Assembly: GCA_964458655.1 (NCBI GenBank)
Contig: CAYWJT010000003.1
Span: forward strand, 6,015 to 70,014
DNA: 64,000 nt
Direction of reading: 5' to 3'
Source of the DNA: an uncultured Eubacteriales bacterium
GTDB lineage: Bacteria; Acidobacteriota; Aminicenantia; Aminicenantales; Saccharicenantaceae
The first letter of the stretch is position 1. Each line of letters starts with the position of its first letter. The position numbers were made by a program, and so were the translations under genes. The notes under the pieces are model-generated. The model searched no databases, was not told the DNA's origin, and saw only the letters and a program-made list of their open reading frames with translations. Positions 8,771 through 17,779 of this stretch are shown here, piece by piece.

Positions 8771-11700
8771 TTACCTCCTGACCCGGACCGGGAACGGCGG
8801 CCTCTGCAGCTTCTTGGGCGGGTTCTTCTTGAGCATGTCCATGACGACCTCGATGGCCTTCTCGAGCTGAGGGTCGCGGCCTGCGGCGAAGTCCTCCGGC
8901 GTGATATCGACCTCGATGTCGGGCGGGACGCCTTCGTTCTCAACCACCCAGCCGTCTTCCGTCCAGATGGCCAGGTTCGGGGCCGTGACCGACCCGCCGT
9001 CCATCAGGACGGGGAAGCCGAGGATGCCGACTAGGCCGCCCCAGGTCCTCTTGCCGATGAGAGGTCCGAGGCCGAATTTGCGGAACATCCAGGGCAGCAG
9101 GTCGCCTCCGGAGCCGGCGGTCTCGTTGATGAGCATGACCTTTGGCCCCTGGATGGAGGCGCTCGGGGTCTTGAGGTCGTGACCGTAGCGCATGGCCCAC
9201 ATGGCGATAAAGGGCTTGCGCAGGTGATCGATGTAATAATCGGCCACCTGGCCGCCGCCGTTGTGGCGCTCGTCCAGGATGATGGCCTCCTTGTCCGCCT
9301 GGGGGAAGAAATAGCGCTTGAAATAGATATGACCCAGGGTCGAAGTGTTGGGCACGTAGACGTAGGCCGCTCTTCCGCCGGTGGCTTCTTCGACCCGCTT
9401 GAGGTTCCCCTCCACCCAGTCCCTGTTGCGCAGGGCGCTTTCGTCCGCGATGGGCACGACCTGCACCGTCCGGGCGCCCTTTCCGTCCGGGGCCGGCCCT
9501 ACGCTGATCTCGACTATCCGGCCCGCCGTGTTCTCGAAGGCGGCGAACAGGCCGGCCGGCGGCCGCAGGTCGCGGCCGTTTACCGCCAGCAGGTATTCCC
9601 CGGCTTTGACGTCGACGCCAGGTTCGGTGAGAGGGGAACGCAGCTCCGGCGTCCAGTTCAACCCGCCGTAGACTTTGCGGAACCGGTAGCGGCCGTTGGC
9701 GACCTCATAATCGGCGCCGAGCAGGCCGACCGGCACGCGCTTGGGTTCGGCTAGGACGTCGCCTCCGCCGACCCGGTGATGGCCCACGGCCAGCTCGCTG
9801 CACATCCACTGGATGAGCCGGTTGAGGTCGTTCCGGCAGGCGAGATGGGGCAGGAACCGCGCATATTTCTCCCGCATGGCCTGCCAGTCGCAGCCGTGCA
9901 TGTTGGGGTCGTAGAAATAATCCCGGTTGATGCGCCAGGCTTCGTGGAAGATCTGGGCCCATTCGGCCGGCGGGTCGATGCGGACCTCGATGCCGTCCAC
10001 GTTGAGCCTGCCCTTGCCGGGCTGTACCTTGCCGTCCAGAGGCGCGATCGCCCAAGCGTCGCGGGAAACGTACATCAGTTTCTTCCTGTCCCCGGAGATG
10101 AGATAATCCTGGACGCCTTCGAGGATCGTTTCGTCCTCGCGGCTCTTAAGGTCGAACCTGTGGAGCTTCGCGCCCTGTCCGCGGCCGTCGCGGCCGGATT
10201 CCAGGTAATAAAGCTGTCCGGTTTCGCCCACCTGCATGTTCCGGTAACTCCCGGCCGGCACCGGCAGGGCCAGGATGCGCTGGTTGATGCCTTCCAGGTC
10301 GATGACGACCGTCTCTTCTTTCTTGGGAGCGGGCGCCTGCTCCTTGGGAGCGCTGCCTACGGCCGCGGCCGCCTTATCCGGAGCGGCTTTTTCCGGCGCG
10401 CTCTTTTCCGCCGTCCTGCCGGTCTCTTCGTCGCTCTCCTTGGCCAGCGGGCTGGCCAGGTCCTTCCTGAGGACGGCCAGGTAGAGCGAGTTCGTGATTT
10501 CCATGTCCGCGTTCGACATGTCGAACCACTGCTTGACCGGGCCGGCGTCGGTCGACGAGAAGAAATAGAGATACTTGCCGCTCGGGTCGAAGACCGGCTC
10601 GCTCACCTCGCTGAGCCCGTCGGTCACGGGGAAGGACCTGTCCCGGTCGAGCGAATAGAGGTAGACCTTCTGGATGTAGGTCTGGGTGTTGAGAGTGTAA
10701 ACCAGCCATTTCGAGTCCGGCGACCAGGCCGAGTGGACGGTGCGTGCCCGGCTCGGGCCGTAAAGGTACTCGGAGGCGACCTTCTTCACGACGCCGGTCT
10801 GGAGGTCTATCCAGAACAGGCTCCAGGAATTGTCCGCGAAGGCGAGCTTCCGGCCATCCGGCGACCAGACGGGCGAGTCGTAGAAGCCGGCCCCGTTGAG
10901 CCGGAACTTCTTCGCCGGGCCTTTGCCGTCCTGGCTCCGGACATGGAGCTCGTACTCGCCCGACTCGTCCGAAAAATAGGCTATGGACTTTCCGTCCGGC
11001 GACCAGACCGGCGAGCGTTCGTGCGCGCCCGGCGTCTCGGTGATGTTCCGGAAGTCTCCCTTTTCCGCGGGCAGGGTGACTATCTCGCCCCTGAACTCGA
11101 AGACCGCCCTGGCGCCGGACGGCGAGAGCGAGGCGTCCCTGATATAGCGCGCCCCCTTGACGTACCTGGGCCTCAATTCCAGGAGGTCGGCGGCGAGGCC
11201 GACAGTGAGCGTGGAGCTCAGGCCCGTGGCCGGGTCGAAAATATGGAGCCGGCCGGCCTGCTCATAGATTATCTTCCCGGCGCCGGCCGAGGCCTCGAGC
11301 ACGGGAAACTCCTTGTGGTCCGTCAGCTGGCGGACCTGCTTGGTCTTCGTGTCGTAAGCGAAAAGGTTGAATTCGCCGTTGCGGTCGGACCGGAAATACA
11401 CCGTGTCCCCGATCCACATCGGGCCGGCGTCGTTAGCCCGGCCTTCAGGCTGGGGGATCATTTCTGGTTTTCCGGCTCCGGCGCGGATCAGGATGGTCGA
11501 GACCCGTCCGCCCCGGTAGTTCTTCCACTGGGTGAAGGCGTCGGCGAGCGGGTTGTAGGCGATGCGGCCCCCGTCGGGTGAAACCGCGGCCCTGTAAACA
11601 TAGGGGATGTCGAACTGCTCCGGCAGTCCGCCTTCGAGCGGCAGCCTGAACAGGTGGTTCCAGGAGCGGATGAAAGAGTTGCGCGCCGAGGTGAAGAGCA

Positions 11701-12082
11701 CGGCCTTGCCGTCCGGCGTGAAGCCCTGGACAATGTCAGGGTAGGGGTGCCAGGTCAGGCGCTTGGGGACGCCGCCTTCGGCGGGCATTATGTAAACATC
11801 GGTGTTCCCGTCGTACTGCCCGCTGAACGCGAGCCACCGCCCGTCGGGCGAGAAGACGGGGTTGGATTCTATGCCCAGGTCGGCCGTGAGGCGGCGGGGG
11901 TTGCCGCCGTCGAGGTCGGCCGTCCAGAGGTCGCCCGCGTAGGTGAAGGCTATCCGCCCGGCGCTGACAGCCGGCTGGCTGAGGAAAACAGTGTCGCGGG
12001 TGTCGACGGCCGCCCCGGCCGCTGGGGTCAGGCCGAAAATAAGCAATAACGCTCCGAGTCCGTAGAAAGCCGTTTTTTTCAA
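8771..12082 (-). CDS. Tricorn protease homologue (beta-propeller/PD40 repeats + PDZ + C-terminal S41 peptidase domain), secreted
   Basis: 1103 aa; signal peptide MKKTAFYGLGALLLIFGLTPAAGAA; repeated WSPDG.. PD40-like motifs; C-terminal S41/tail-specific protease-like region; TTG start preceded by GGAGGTGA RBS. Confidence 0.75.
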   Translation of the reverse strand: MKKTAFYGLGALLLIFGLTPAAGAAVDTRDTVFLSQPAVSAGRIAFTYAGDLWTADLDGGNPRRLTADLGIESNPVFSPDGRWLAFSGQYDGNTDVYIMPAEGGVPKRLTWHPYPDIVQGFTPDGKAVLFTSARNSFIRSWNHLFRLPLEGGLPEQFDIPYVYRAAVSPDGGRIAYNPLADAFTQWKNYRGGRVSTILIRAGAGKPEMIPQPEGRANDAGPMWIGDTVYFRSDRNGEFNLFAYDTKTKQVRQLTDHKEFPVLEASAGAGKIIYEQAGRLHIFDPATGLSSTLTVGLAADLLELRPRYVKGARYIRDASLSPSGARAVFEFRGEIVTLPAEKGDFRNITETPGAHERSPVWSPDGKSIAYFSDESGEYELHVRSQDGKGPAKKFRLNGAGFYDSPVWSPDGRKLAFADNSWSLFWIDLQTGVVKKVASEYLYGPSRARTVHSAWSPDSKWLVYTLNTQTYIQKVYLYSLDRDRSFPVTDGLSEVSEPVFDPSGKYLYFFSSTDAGPVKQWFDMSNADMEITNSLYLAVLRKDLASPLAKESDEETGRTAEKSAPEKAAPDKAAAAVGSAPKEQAPAPKKEETVVIDLEGINQRILALPVPAGSYRNMQVGETGQLYYLESGRDGRGQGAKLHRFDLKSREDETILEGVQDYLISGDRKKLMYVSRDAWAIAPLDGKVQPGKGRLNVDGIEVRIDPPAEWAQIFHEAWRINRDYFYDPNMHGCDWQAMREKYARFLPHLACRNDLNRLIQWMCSELAVGHHRVGGGDVLAEPKRVPVGLLGADYEVANGRYRFRKVYGGLNWTPELRSPLTEPGVDVKAGEYLLAVNGRDLRPPAGLFAAFENTAGRIVEISVGPAPDGKGARTVQVVPIADESALRNRDWVEGNLKRVEEATGGRAAYVYVPNTSTLGHIYFKRYFFPQADKEAIILDERHNGGGQVADYYIDHLRKPFIAMWAMRYGHDLKTPSASIQGPKVMLINETAGSGGDLLPWMFRKFGLGPLIGKRTWGGLVGILGFPVLMDGGSVTAPNLAIWTEDGWVVENEGVPPDIEVDITPEDFAAGRDPQLEKAIEVVMDMLKKNPPKKLQRPPFPVRVRR

Positions 12083-12226
12083 TCGTCACCTCCTGTGGGC
12101 AATGGTGAAACGATTATACCGCTTTTCCCGGAGCGTGACATCAAAGAACTCACCTGTTCCGGGCGGCCTGCGCGGCGCGGCCGGGACCGAGATCGGACCC
12201 CAGGGGAGCGGACGATCAAGGCCGGC

Positions 12227-12246
12227 GAACGGCGGAACCGCCGTTC
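12227..12246. promoter_or_regulatory. Perfect 8-bp-stem hairpin/palindrome GAACGGCG-gaac-CGCCGTTC in divergent intergenic region
   Basis: Read directly from sequence at 12227-12246 between tricorn start (12082) and DedA start (12327). Confidence 0.3.
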
Positions 12247-12326
12247 CCGGGATATATGGGGCGGGCGAAAATTCGGGTTGCCTGTCCGTCGCGAACCGTA
12301 TATCATATCGCCGGTCGAGAAGAGAC

Positions 12327-12923
12327 ATGCCTTTCGAGAAGCTGGTCCTGTCGTTTATCGCCGTGAACCTCCCGCTGCTGTGCGTGGTCGGCGCCTTCGT
12401 GGGCGGCGACGTGCTGATCATATTCCTCTCGTCGCTGGCCGGCCAGGGGCTCATCAATTTTTGGACCATCATCCTGTTCTGCTCCATCGGAACCGTATCC
12501 TCGGACGTGATGTGGTTCTTCCTGGCCCGGACCCGTTTCGCCGACAGGCTCATCTCCAGCCGCCAGCTCAACTCCGGCTACGCCAAGCTGGACCGGCTCC
12601 TCTCCAAGTACGGCCGGAACGATTTCCTGCTCCTGCTCCTGGTCAAGTTCATCTACGGAATCAGGATCATCGCCATCGTCTATTTCAGCCGGGAAAGGCG
12701 CAATTTCGCCCGCTTCCTGAACTACAACACCTTCGCCGTGGTCGTCATCACCCTCTTCGTCGCCTTCCTGGGCTGGATGGCGGGCCGGGGCATACGCACC
12801 TACGTCGATTATTACGAGAACTTCAAAACGGTCATGAAGATCATCGTCATCTTCTTCGTCGCTTTCGTCATCCTGAAGTCGCTTTTGAAAAAATGGCTCC
12901 TGAAAGAGAACAAGGGCGCTTGA
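12327..12923 (+). CDS. DedA/VTT-family (SNARE-associated) membrane protein
   Basis: ATG at 12327 in frame of ORF 12102-12923; ~198 aa, 4-5 TM segments; motifs ..SDVMWFFLAR.. and ..GRNDFLLLLLVKFIYGIRIIAIV.. resemble DedA G-[IV]-R signature; upstream TTGCCT-N17-TATCAT-like promoter. Confidence 0.6.
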   Translation: MPFEKLVLSFIAVNLPLLCVVGAFVGGDVLIIFLSSLAGQGLINFWTIILFCSIGTVSSDVMWFFLARTRFADRLISSRQLNSGYAKLDRLLSKYGRNDFLLLLLVKFIYGIRIIAIVYFSRERRNFARFLNYNTFAVVVITLFVAFLGWMAGRGIRTYVDYYENFKTVMKIIVIFFVAFVILKSLLKKWLLKENKGA

Positions 12924-13582
12924 AGGTAGCGGCGGTCGTCCCGGCCTTCAACGAGGAGGACCGCATCGCCTCCGTCCTGGACAGCCTGAGGCGCGTCGAG
13001 CTCATCGACGAGATCGTCGTAGTGGACGACGGCTCCACGGACAGGACGGCCGAGGTCGTATCCCGGTTCGGAGGCGTCAAGCTGCTGCGTCTGCCGGAAA
13101 ACCGCGGCAAAGGACGGGCCCTGGACGCTGGCGTAAAGGCCTGCGCCGGGGAGGTGCTCTTCTTTTGCGACGCCGACCTCGACGGGCTGGAGCCGGACAC
13201 GGTAAGGGAGATCATAGACCCGGTCCTGCGCGGTGAATACTCCATGTTCGTCGGGGCCAGGGCTTTCCGGGAGAACCCGATCTCAAAAGGCTTCGTCAGC
13301 CTCGAGGCCAAGTGGGGGATATACCCGACCACCGGGCAGCGGGCCCTAAGACGCTGGCTCTGGGAAAACCTGCCCGAGCGCTACAAGGAAGGCTACCGGA
13401 CCGAGGTCGGCCTGAACTTCATCGCCAGACGGTCCGCGGCCGGACTGGGCTTCAAGCGGTTCCGCTACGGCCACGTCAAGAAGGAAAGGAAGCTCGGACT
13501 GCGTCGGGGGCTGGCCGTCAAGTTCCGGATGTACGGGCAGGTCCTGGCCTCTTCGTTCAGGCTGCGCTTCATCGACAGGTAA
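12893..13582 (+). CDS. Family 2 glycosyltransferase (DPM1/GpgS-like, ~229 aa)
   Basis: VAAVVPAFNEEDRIASVLDSL, VVVDDGSTDRTAEV, FFCDADLD (DxD) motifs; ATG at 12893 overlaps end of DedA gene by 31 nt; upstream 266 codons of the 495-aa ORF are low-complexity and judged non-coding. Confidence 0.7.
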   Translation: MAPEREQGRLKVAAVVPAFNEEDRIASVLDSLRRVELIDEIVVVDDGSTDRTAEVVSRFGGVKLLRLPENRGKGRALDAGVKACAGEVLFFCDADLDGLEPDTVREIIDPVLRGEYSMFVGARAFRENPISKGFVSLEAKWGIYPTTGQRALRRWLWENLPERYKEGYRTEVGLNFIARRSAAGLGFKRFRYGHVKKERKLGLRRGLAVKFRMYGQVLASSFRLRFIDR

Positions 13583-13628
13583 AAGGCCAGGGGTCGGGGC
13601 GATAGCCGCGCCATAGCCGAATATGCGT

Positions 13629-13660
13629 TTGACAGAGGCTTATCCGCTTATTAGGATAAT
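13629..13660 (+). promoter_or_regulatory. Candidate sigma70-like promoter (TTGACA-N17-TAGGAT / GATAAT)
   Basis: AT-rich island tttgacagaggcttatccgcttattaggataattac upstream of CDS 13705. Confidence 0.3.
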
Positions 13661-13704
13661 TACTCCGCCCTGAGCGCGGTATCGCTTGGAGCTTGTGGAG
13701 GGTT

Positions 13705-14832
13705 ATGGCCGAGCCGCTCATCCTCATCGGGGCCGGAACCAGGGGCGCCCGCAGGATATGCTCCGAGTACCAGCCCTTCCTGATGATCGACGGCCGGACC
13801 TGCGTCGAGATCGTGCTGGACGCGGTCACCAGCGCCGCCAACGAGTTTCCCGTCCATATCTGGGGGCCTGAGGACAGGCTGAAGGAAGTCCTGGCGCCGC
13901 TGATCAGGAGGGAAAGGGACAGGCGGGAGATCCGCGTCTTCCCTGAAATGCACGGGCCGATCGACAGCCTCCTGTTCGCCGGTCGCGGCGTCGTCGGCCG
14001 GGCGGAAGGCGGTCCGGTCGGCGGCTATTTGAAAAAAGCCTACGGAGCTGGCGGCGACAGGGACAGGCCCATGTTCTTCCTGCCCTGCGACATCCCTCTT
14101 GTTTCCCGGGAGGAGATAGATTTTCTGATCAAGAACGCCGACCCCGGTTGCGACCTGCACATGGGCTGGAGCTTGAAGGAGGGTTTCGACGCGGTCCTGG
14201 CCGGCTTTCGCGCCGCGCCGGGGGGGTTCGACATCTCCCGGACCAAGTTCAATTTCTCGAAGTTCATGGTCTCGGGGAAGCGCTGCGAAGCTCGCTTCAA
14301 CAACACCTACTGCGGCCGGCCTTTGCTGGTGGACCTGAACCTGTTCAGGTTCTTCCATGTCCTCTACGTTAACCGCAACCTCATCCGCAAGGTGCGGCGC
14401 CGTGGACGCGAGGCGAAAAGGCTGGACGTCGCCGCCTTCAGCCGGTGGCTCGGCTCCTTCGGCGGTTACCTGCTCAGGAGGTCCTGGCAGGCCGGGCCTC
14501 AGGTCCTTCACAGCGGCTATCTCATCCTGAAGACCTACTTCCATACGCTCGGCCTGGAAGAGAGTCACTATCCTTTCGTCAGGACGCTCGTGGCCACTCT
14601 GGACTTTTTCGAGCGGCGGCCCGGCGAGCGCTACCTGGACAAGGGTTTCTTCGAGGCCAACATCCTGAGGATAACCGGCAACAGGATAGGCATGTACCTG
14701 ACCAACATCATCGGGCCCCTCTTCGATATCGATATCGAGTATGAATACCGGTTCCTCAAGGAGAACTACGGCCGTCTGCGGGCCGCGATCGAGCGCTATT
14801 ACGCAGAGGCCGGCCTCAAGAAGCTGCCGTGA
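13705..14832 (+). CDS. Hypothetical protein; N-terminal MobA-like nucleotidyltransferase fold candidate with ~200-aa C-terminal extension
   Basis: ATG with GGAGGG RBS; LILIGAGTRGARR..MIDGRT and FFLPCDIPLVSREEI resemble NTP_transf_3 motifs; antisense 426-aa ORF is D/E/P/G/V-rich junk. Confidence 0.5.
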   Translation: MAEPLILIGAGTRGARRICSEYQPFLMIDGRTCVEIVLDAVTSAANEFPVHIWGPEDRLKEVLAPLIRRERDRREIRVFPEMHGPIDSLLFAGRGVVGRAEGGPVGGYLKKAYGAGGDRDRPMFFLPCDIPLVSREEIDFLIKNADPGCDLHMGWSLKEGFDAVLAGFRAAPGGFDISRTKFNFSKFMVSGKRCEARFNNTYCGRPLLVDLNLFRFFHVLYVNRNLIRKVRRRGREAKRLDVAAFSRWLGSFGGYLLRRSWQAGPQVLHSGYLILKTYFHTLGLEESHYPFVRTLVATLDFFERRPGERYLDKGFFEANILRITGNRIGMYLTNIIGPLFDIDIEYEYRFLKENYGRLRAAIERYYAEAGLKKLP

Positions 14833-15020
14833 CGGACAAGGACCGACTTGTTCCAGCCGGTGCGATCGGGGAAAAATGGGGCGGCCGGACCTGAAAGGCC
14901 GGCCAGGCGTCCGGAAGGGAGTGAGCCTCGGCATAGGCATGATCGGTGCGCGTCCCCGGGCCAGTTATCCGGCCGATTTGAAGGGCGTTGCCGCGCCCGG
15001 CGCGGCGGAAAGGAGCCTTA

Positions 15021-16475
15021 ATGAAAAAAACGCTGTCGCTGCTTTCGGTCGGGCTTTGGCTGGCCTGTTTGCCGGTGCGGCTCGCTGCCCAGGAAGAAAC
15101 CTACGTGCCCGAGGCCGACCCGCTCGTTCAGGAGAAGCTCGAGCGGTGGCAGGACCTGAAGTTCGGCCTCCTGATGCACTGGGGTCCGTACAGCCAGTGG
15201 GGGGTAGTCGAGTCCTGGTCCATCTGCCCTGAGGACGAGGGCTGGTGCCGCCGCAGCCTGGACGATTATTACGCCTACGTCAGGAAATATGAAGACCTCA
15301 AGAAGACATTCAAGCCGGTAAGGTTCGACCCCGGCGGCTGGGCCCGGGCGGCGAGAGATGCCGGCATGCGCTACGTCGTCTTCACCACCAAGCACCATGA
15401 CGGCTTCTGCATGTTCGACACGGAGCACACCGACTACAAAATAACGTCCCCCGAATGCCCCTTCCATTCCGACCCCAGGGCCGACGTGACCAGGGGCATC
15501 TTCGAGGCCTTCAGGAAGGAGGGGCTCTGGGTCGGGGCCTATTTCTCCAAGCCGGACTGGCACAGCCAGTATTACTGGTGGCCCAATTTCCCGCCGCGCG
15601 ACCGCAACGTCAACTACGACCCCGAGGCCTACCCGGAGCGCTGGGCGGAGTTCGTGGCCTTCACACACAACCAGGTCCTCGAGCTCATGACGAAGTACGG
15701 GAGAGTGGACATCCTCTGGCTCGACGGCGGCTGGGTGTCGAAGAAGCCCAAGGAAGAGGTGGCCGGGGCCTACGCGAGGAGAATCGAGCGGAGCGGCACT
15801 GGCTACCTCAAGAGCCAGGTGATAAGCCAGGACATCAGGATGGACGAGCTCGTCCGGGCCTGCCGCGAGAAGCAGCCCGGCCTGATCGTCGTCGACCGGG
15901 CCGTGCCCGGCCGGCACCAGAACTACCTGACGCCCGAGAACCAGGTCCCGGACAAGGCCCTGCTTTACCCCTGGGAATCCTGCATCATCTCGGGCGGCGG
16001 CTGGTCCTTCACGCCTGACGCCAAGTACATGGACGGCCGCAGGGCCGTCCATCTTCTCGCCGACATAGTGGCCAAGGGCGGGAACCTGCTGCTGAACATC
16101 GCCCCGGGTCCCGACGGAGCCTGGCAGCAGGGCGCCTACGACCTGCTCAGGGAGTACGCCGACTGGATGAAGGTCAACGGCGAGGCCATCTACGGGACGA
16201 GGCCCGTCGCTCCATATAAGGAAGGCAACATCCGCCTGACCCGGGCCAAGAACGGGGCCGTCTATTTTATTTACCTCGCTGCCGAGGACGAGGCCATCCC
16301 GGCGGTGGTCCACGTCGGCTCGAACAGGCCGAAGGCGGGGACGCGGTTGAAGCTCCTCGGGTCCGGCACCGAGCTTAAATGGGTGCCGCGGGCCGACGGC
16401 TTCGACATCGTCGTGCCGGAAAAAGCGCGCCGGGACCCGCCCTGTAAGCACGCCTGGGTGTTCAAGGCCGGCTGA
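15021..16475 (+). CDS. Alpha-L-fucosidase, glycoside hydrolase family 29, secreted
   Basis: KFGLLMHWGPYSQWG GH29 signature, HHDGFCMFDT; signal peptide MKKTLSLLSVGLWLACLPVRLAA; RBS GGAAAGGAG. Confidence 0.85.
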   Translation: MKKTLSLLSVGLWLACLPVRLAAQEETYVPEADPLVQEKLERWQDLKFGLLMHWGPYSQWGVVESWSICPEDEGWCRRSLDDYYAYVRKYEDLKKTFKPVRFDPGGWARAARDAGMRYVVFTTKHHDGFCMFDTEHTDYKITSPECPFHSDPRADVTRGIFEAFRKEGLWVGAYFSKPDWHSQYYWWPNFPPRDRNVNYDPEAYPERWAEFVAFTHNQVLELMTKYGRVDILWLDGGWVSKKPKEEVAGAYARRIERSGTGYLKSQVISQDIRMDELVRACREKQPGLIVVDRAVPGRHQNYLTPENQVPDKALLYPWESCIISGGGWSFTPDAKYMDGRRAVHLLADIVAKGGNLLLNIAPGPDGAWQQGAYDLLREYADWMKVNGEAIYGTRPVAPYKEGNIRLTRAKNGAVYFIYLAAEDEAIPAVVHVGSNRPKAGTRLKLLGSGTELKWVPRADGFDIVVPEKARRDPPCKHAWVFKAG

Positions 16476-16617
16476 AGGCCGGTGCCGCTTGCCGCCGTCT
16501 CGCGGCTTCTTGAAGCGCTGTGTCTTGTCAAAGGGCGTGACATGGAAAAACACGGCAAGGCCCAGGTCGATCAACGGCCGTCCCAGTCCGGTTCGCGTCC
16601 CCGAGTTTGCCGACGTT

Positions 16618-17691
16618 TCACAGGATGAATATGCAGTCGCCGTAGGAGAAGAAGCGGTAGCGTGAACGGACCGCCTCCCGGTAAGCCTCCAGGACGAGCT
16701 CCCGGCCTGCGAAGGCGCTGACCAGCATGAGCAACGTCGAGCGGGGCAGGTGGAAGTTAGTCAGCAGGCGTCCGGTCACGTTGAACCTGAACCCGGGGTG
16801 GATGAACAGGGAAGTGGCGGCCCGGCCCGGTTGGACCGCACCGTCCTTGAAGGCGCTCTCGAGCGTCCGGACGACCGTCGTGCCCACCGCGGTCACGCGC
16901 CGGCCTTCCTTCAGAGCGGCGTTGACCTCGCGGGCCGCCGCCTCGCCGACCTCGTATTCTTCTTCGAGCATGCGGTGTTCCGCGACCTTATCGACCCGCA
17001 CCGGCTGGAAGGTGGCCGGCCCCACGTCGAGCTTGACCGAAACGACCCGCACGCCCTTCTTCTCCAGCGCCTCGAGCGCTTCCGGCGTGAAGTGGAGCCC
17101 GGCGGTAGGCGCGGCCACGGCGCTGCCCTCCCGGGCGAAGACCGTCTGGTACCTGGCCAGGTCCAGGACCCGGGCGGCATCGTCTTGCGGAGTTCGTTTT
17201 ATGTAAGGGGGAAGAGGAGCGTAGCCGACCTTCTCCAGCGCACCCCGCACGTCCGGCAGGTTGAAGCGCAGCAGCCGCAGCCCTTCCGGGCCCGCGGCCG
17301 TGACCTCGGCCTCGAGGCCTTCCGGGAAGCTTACGCGCGCGCCAGGGCGCAGCTTCCTGGCCGGCCGGCAGAGCGCTTCCCATTCTCCGTCTCCGCGGTC
17401 GCGGGTCAGGAGCAGCTCGACCGCCGCCCCGCCTGCCCGGCCGTAGAGCCTGGCCGGCATGACCCGAGTGTCGTTGACGACGAGGACGTCGCCGGATTCG
17501 AAAAACTCGCGTACATCGCCGAAGCGCCTGTGCTCGACCCGGCCGGTAGCTCTGTCGAGCACCATCATCCTGGATTCGTCGCGACGCTCGAGCGGCTTCT
17601 GGGCGATGAGCTCGGGCGGCAGCTCGTAGTCGAAGTCGGAGACGAGCAAGCCGTCCGGCTCGGGGGCGTTCCCGTCGCGGCGGAGTATCAT
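16618..17691 (-). CDS. queA: S-adenosylmethionine:tRNA ribosyltransferase-isomerase
   Basis: VSDFDYELPPELIAQKPLERRDESRMMVL and VVNDTRVMPARL motifs; RBS GAGGAAAG. Confidence 0.9.
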   Translation of the reverse strand: MILRRDGNAPEPDGLLVSDFDYELPPELIAQKPLERRDESRMMVLDRATGRVEHRRFGDVREFFESGDVLVVNDTRVMPARLYGRAGGAAVELLLTRDRGDGEWEALCRPARKLRPGARVSFPEGLEAEVTAAGPEGLRLLRFNLPDVRGALEKVGYAPLPPYIKRTPQDDAARVLDLARYQTVFAREGSAVAAPTAGLHFTPEALEALEKKGVRVVSVKLDVGPATFQPVRVDKVAEHRMLEEEYEVGEAAAREVNAALKEGRRVTAVGTTVVRTLESAFKDGAVQPGRAATSLFIHPGFRFNVTGRLLTNFHLPRSTLLMLVSAFAGRELVLEAYREAVRSRYRFFSYGDCIFIL

Positions 17692-17779
17692 GCTTGTTCT
17701 TTCCTCGGTCCGGGTCAGAATCGTTCAGTTCAAAACGCTCGCTTCCTGCCCGTCTTCCGGGGCGACGCCGGGCCGGGTC

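Noticed and set aside
9776-11581. 601-aa plus-strand ORF (and several 100-200-aa ORFs) antisense to the tricorn protease gene
   Set aside because: D/E/G/P/V/R-rich low-complexity translation typical of antisense frames in high-GC DNA. The tricorn frame has real motifs, a signal peptide and an RBS.
12095-12892. N-terminal 266 codons of the 495-aa ORF containing the GT2 domain
   Set aside because: Arg/Pro/His-rich junk in a frame overlapping the DedA gene. The GT2 domain begins at the internal ATG 12893.
13660-14940. 426-aa minus-strand ORF opposite CDS 13705-14832
   Set aside because: Acidic/Pro-rich antisense composition. The plus frame has balanced composition, an RBS and an NTP-transferase-like motif.
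15018-16574. 518-aa minus-strand ORF antisense to the GH29 fucosidase
   Set aside because: Low-complexity antisense artefact. The plus frame carries GH29 signature motifs.
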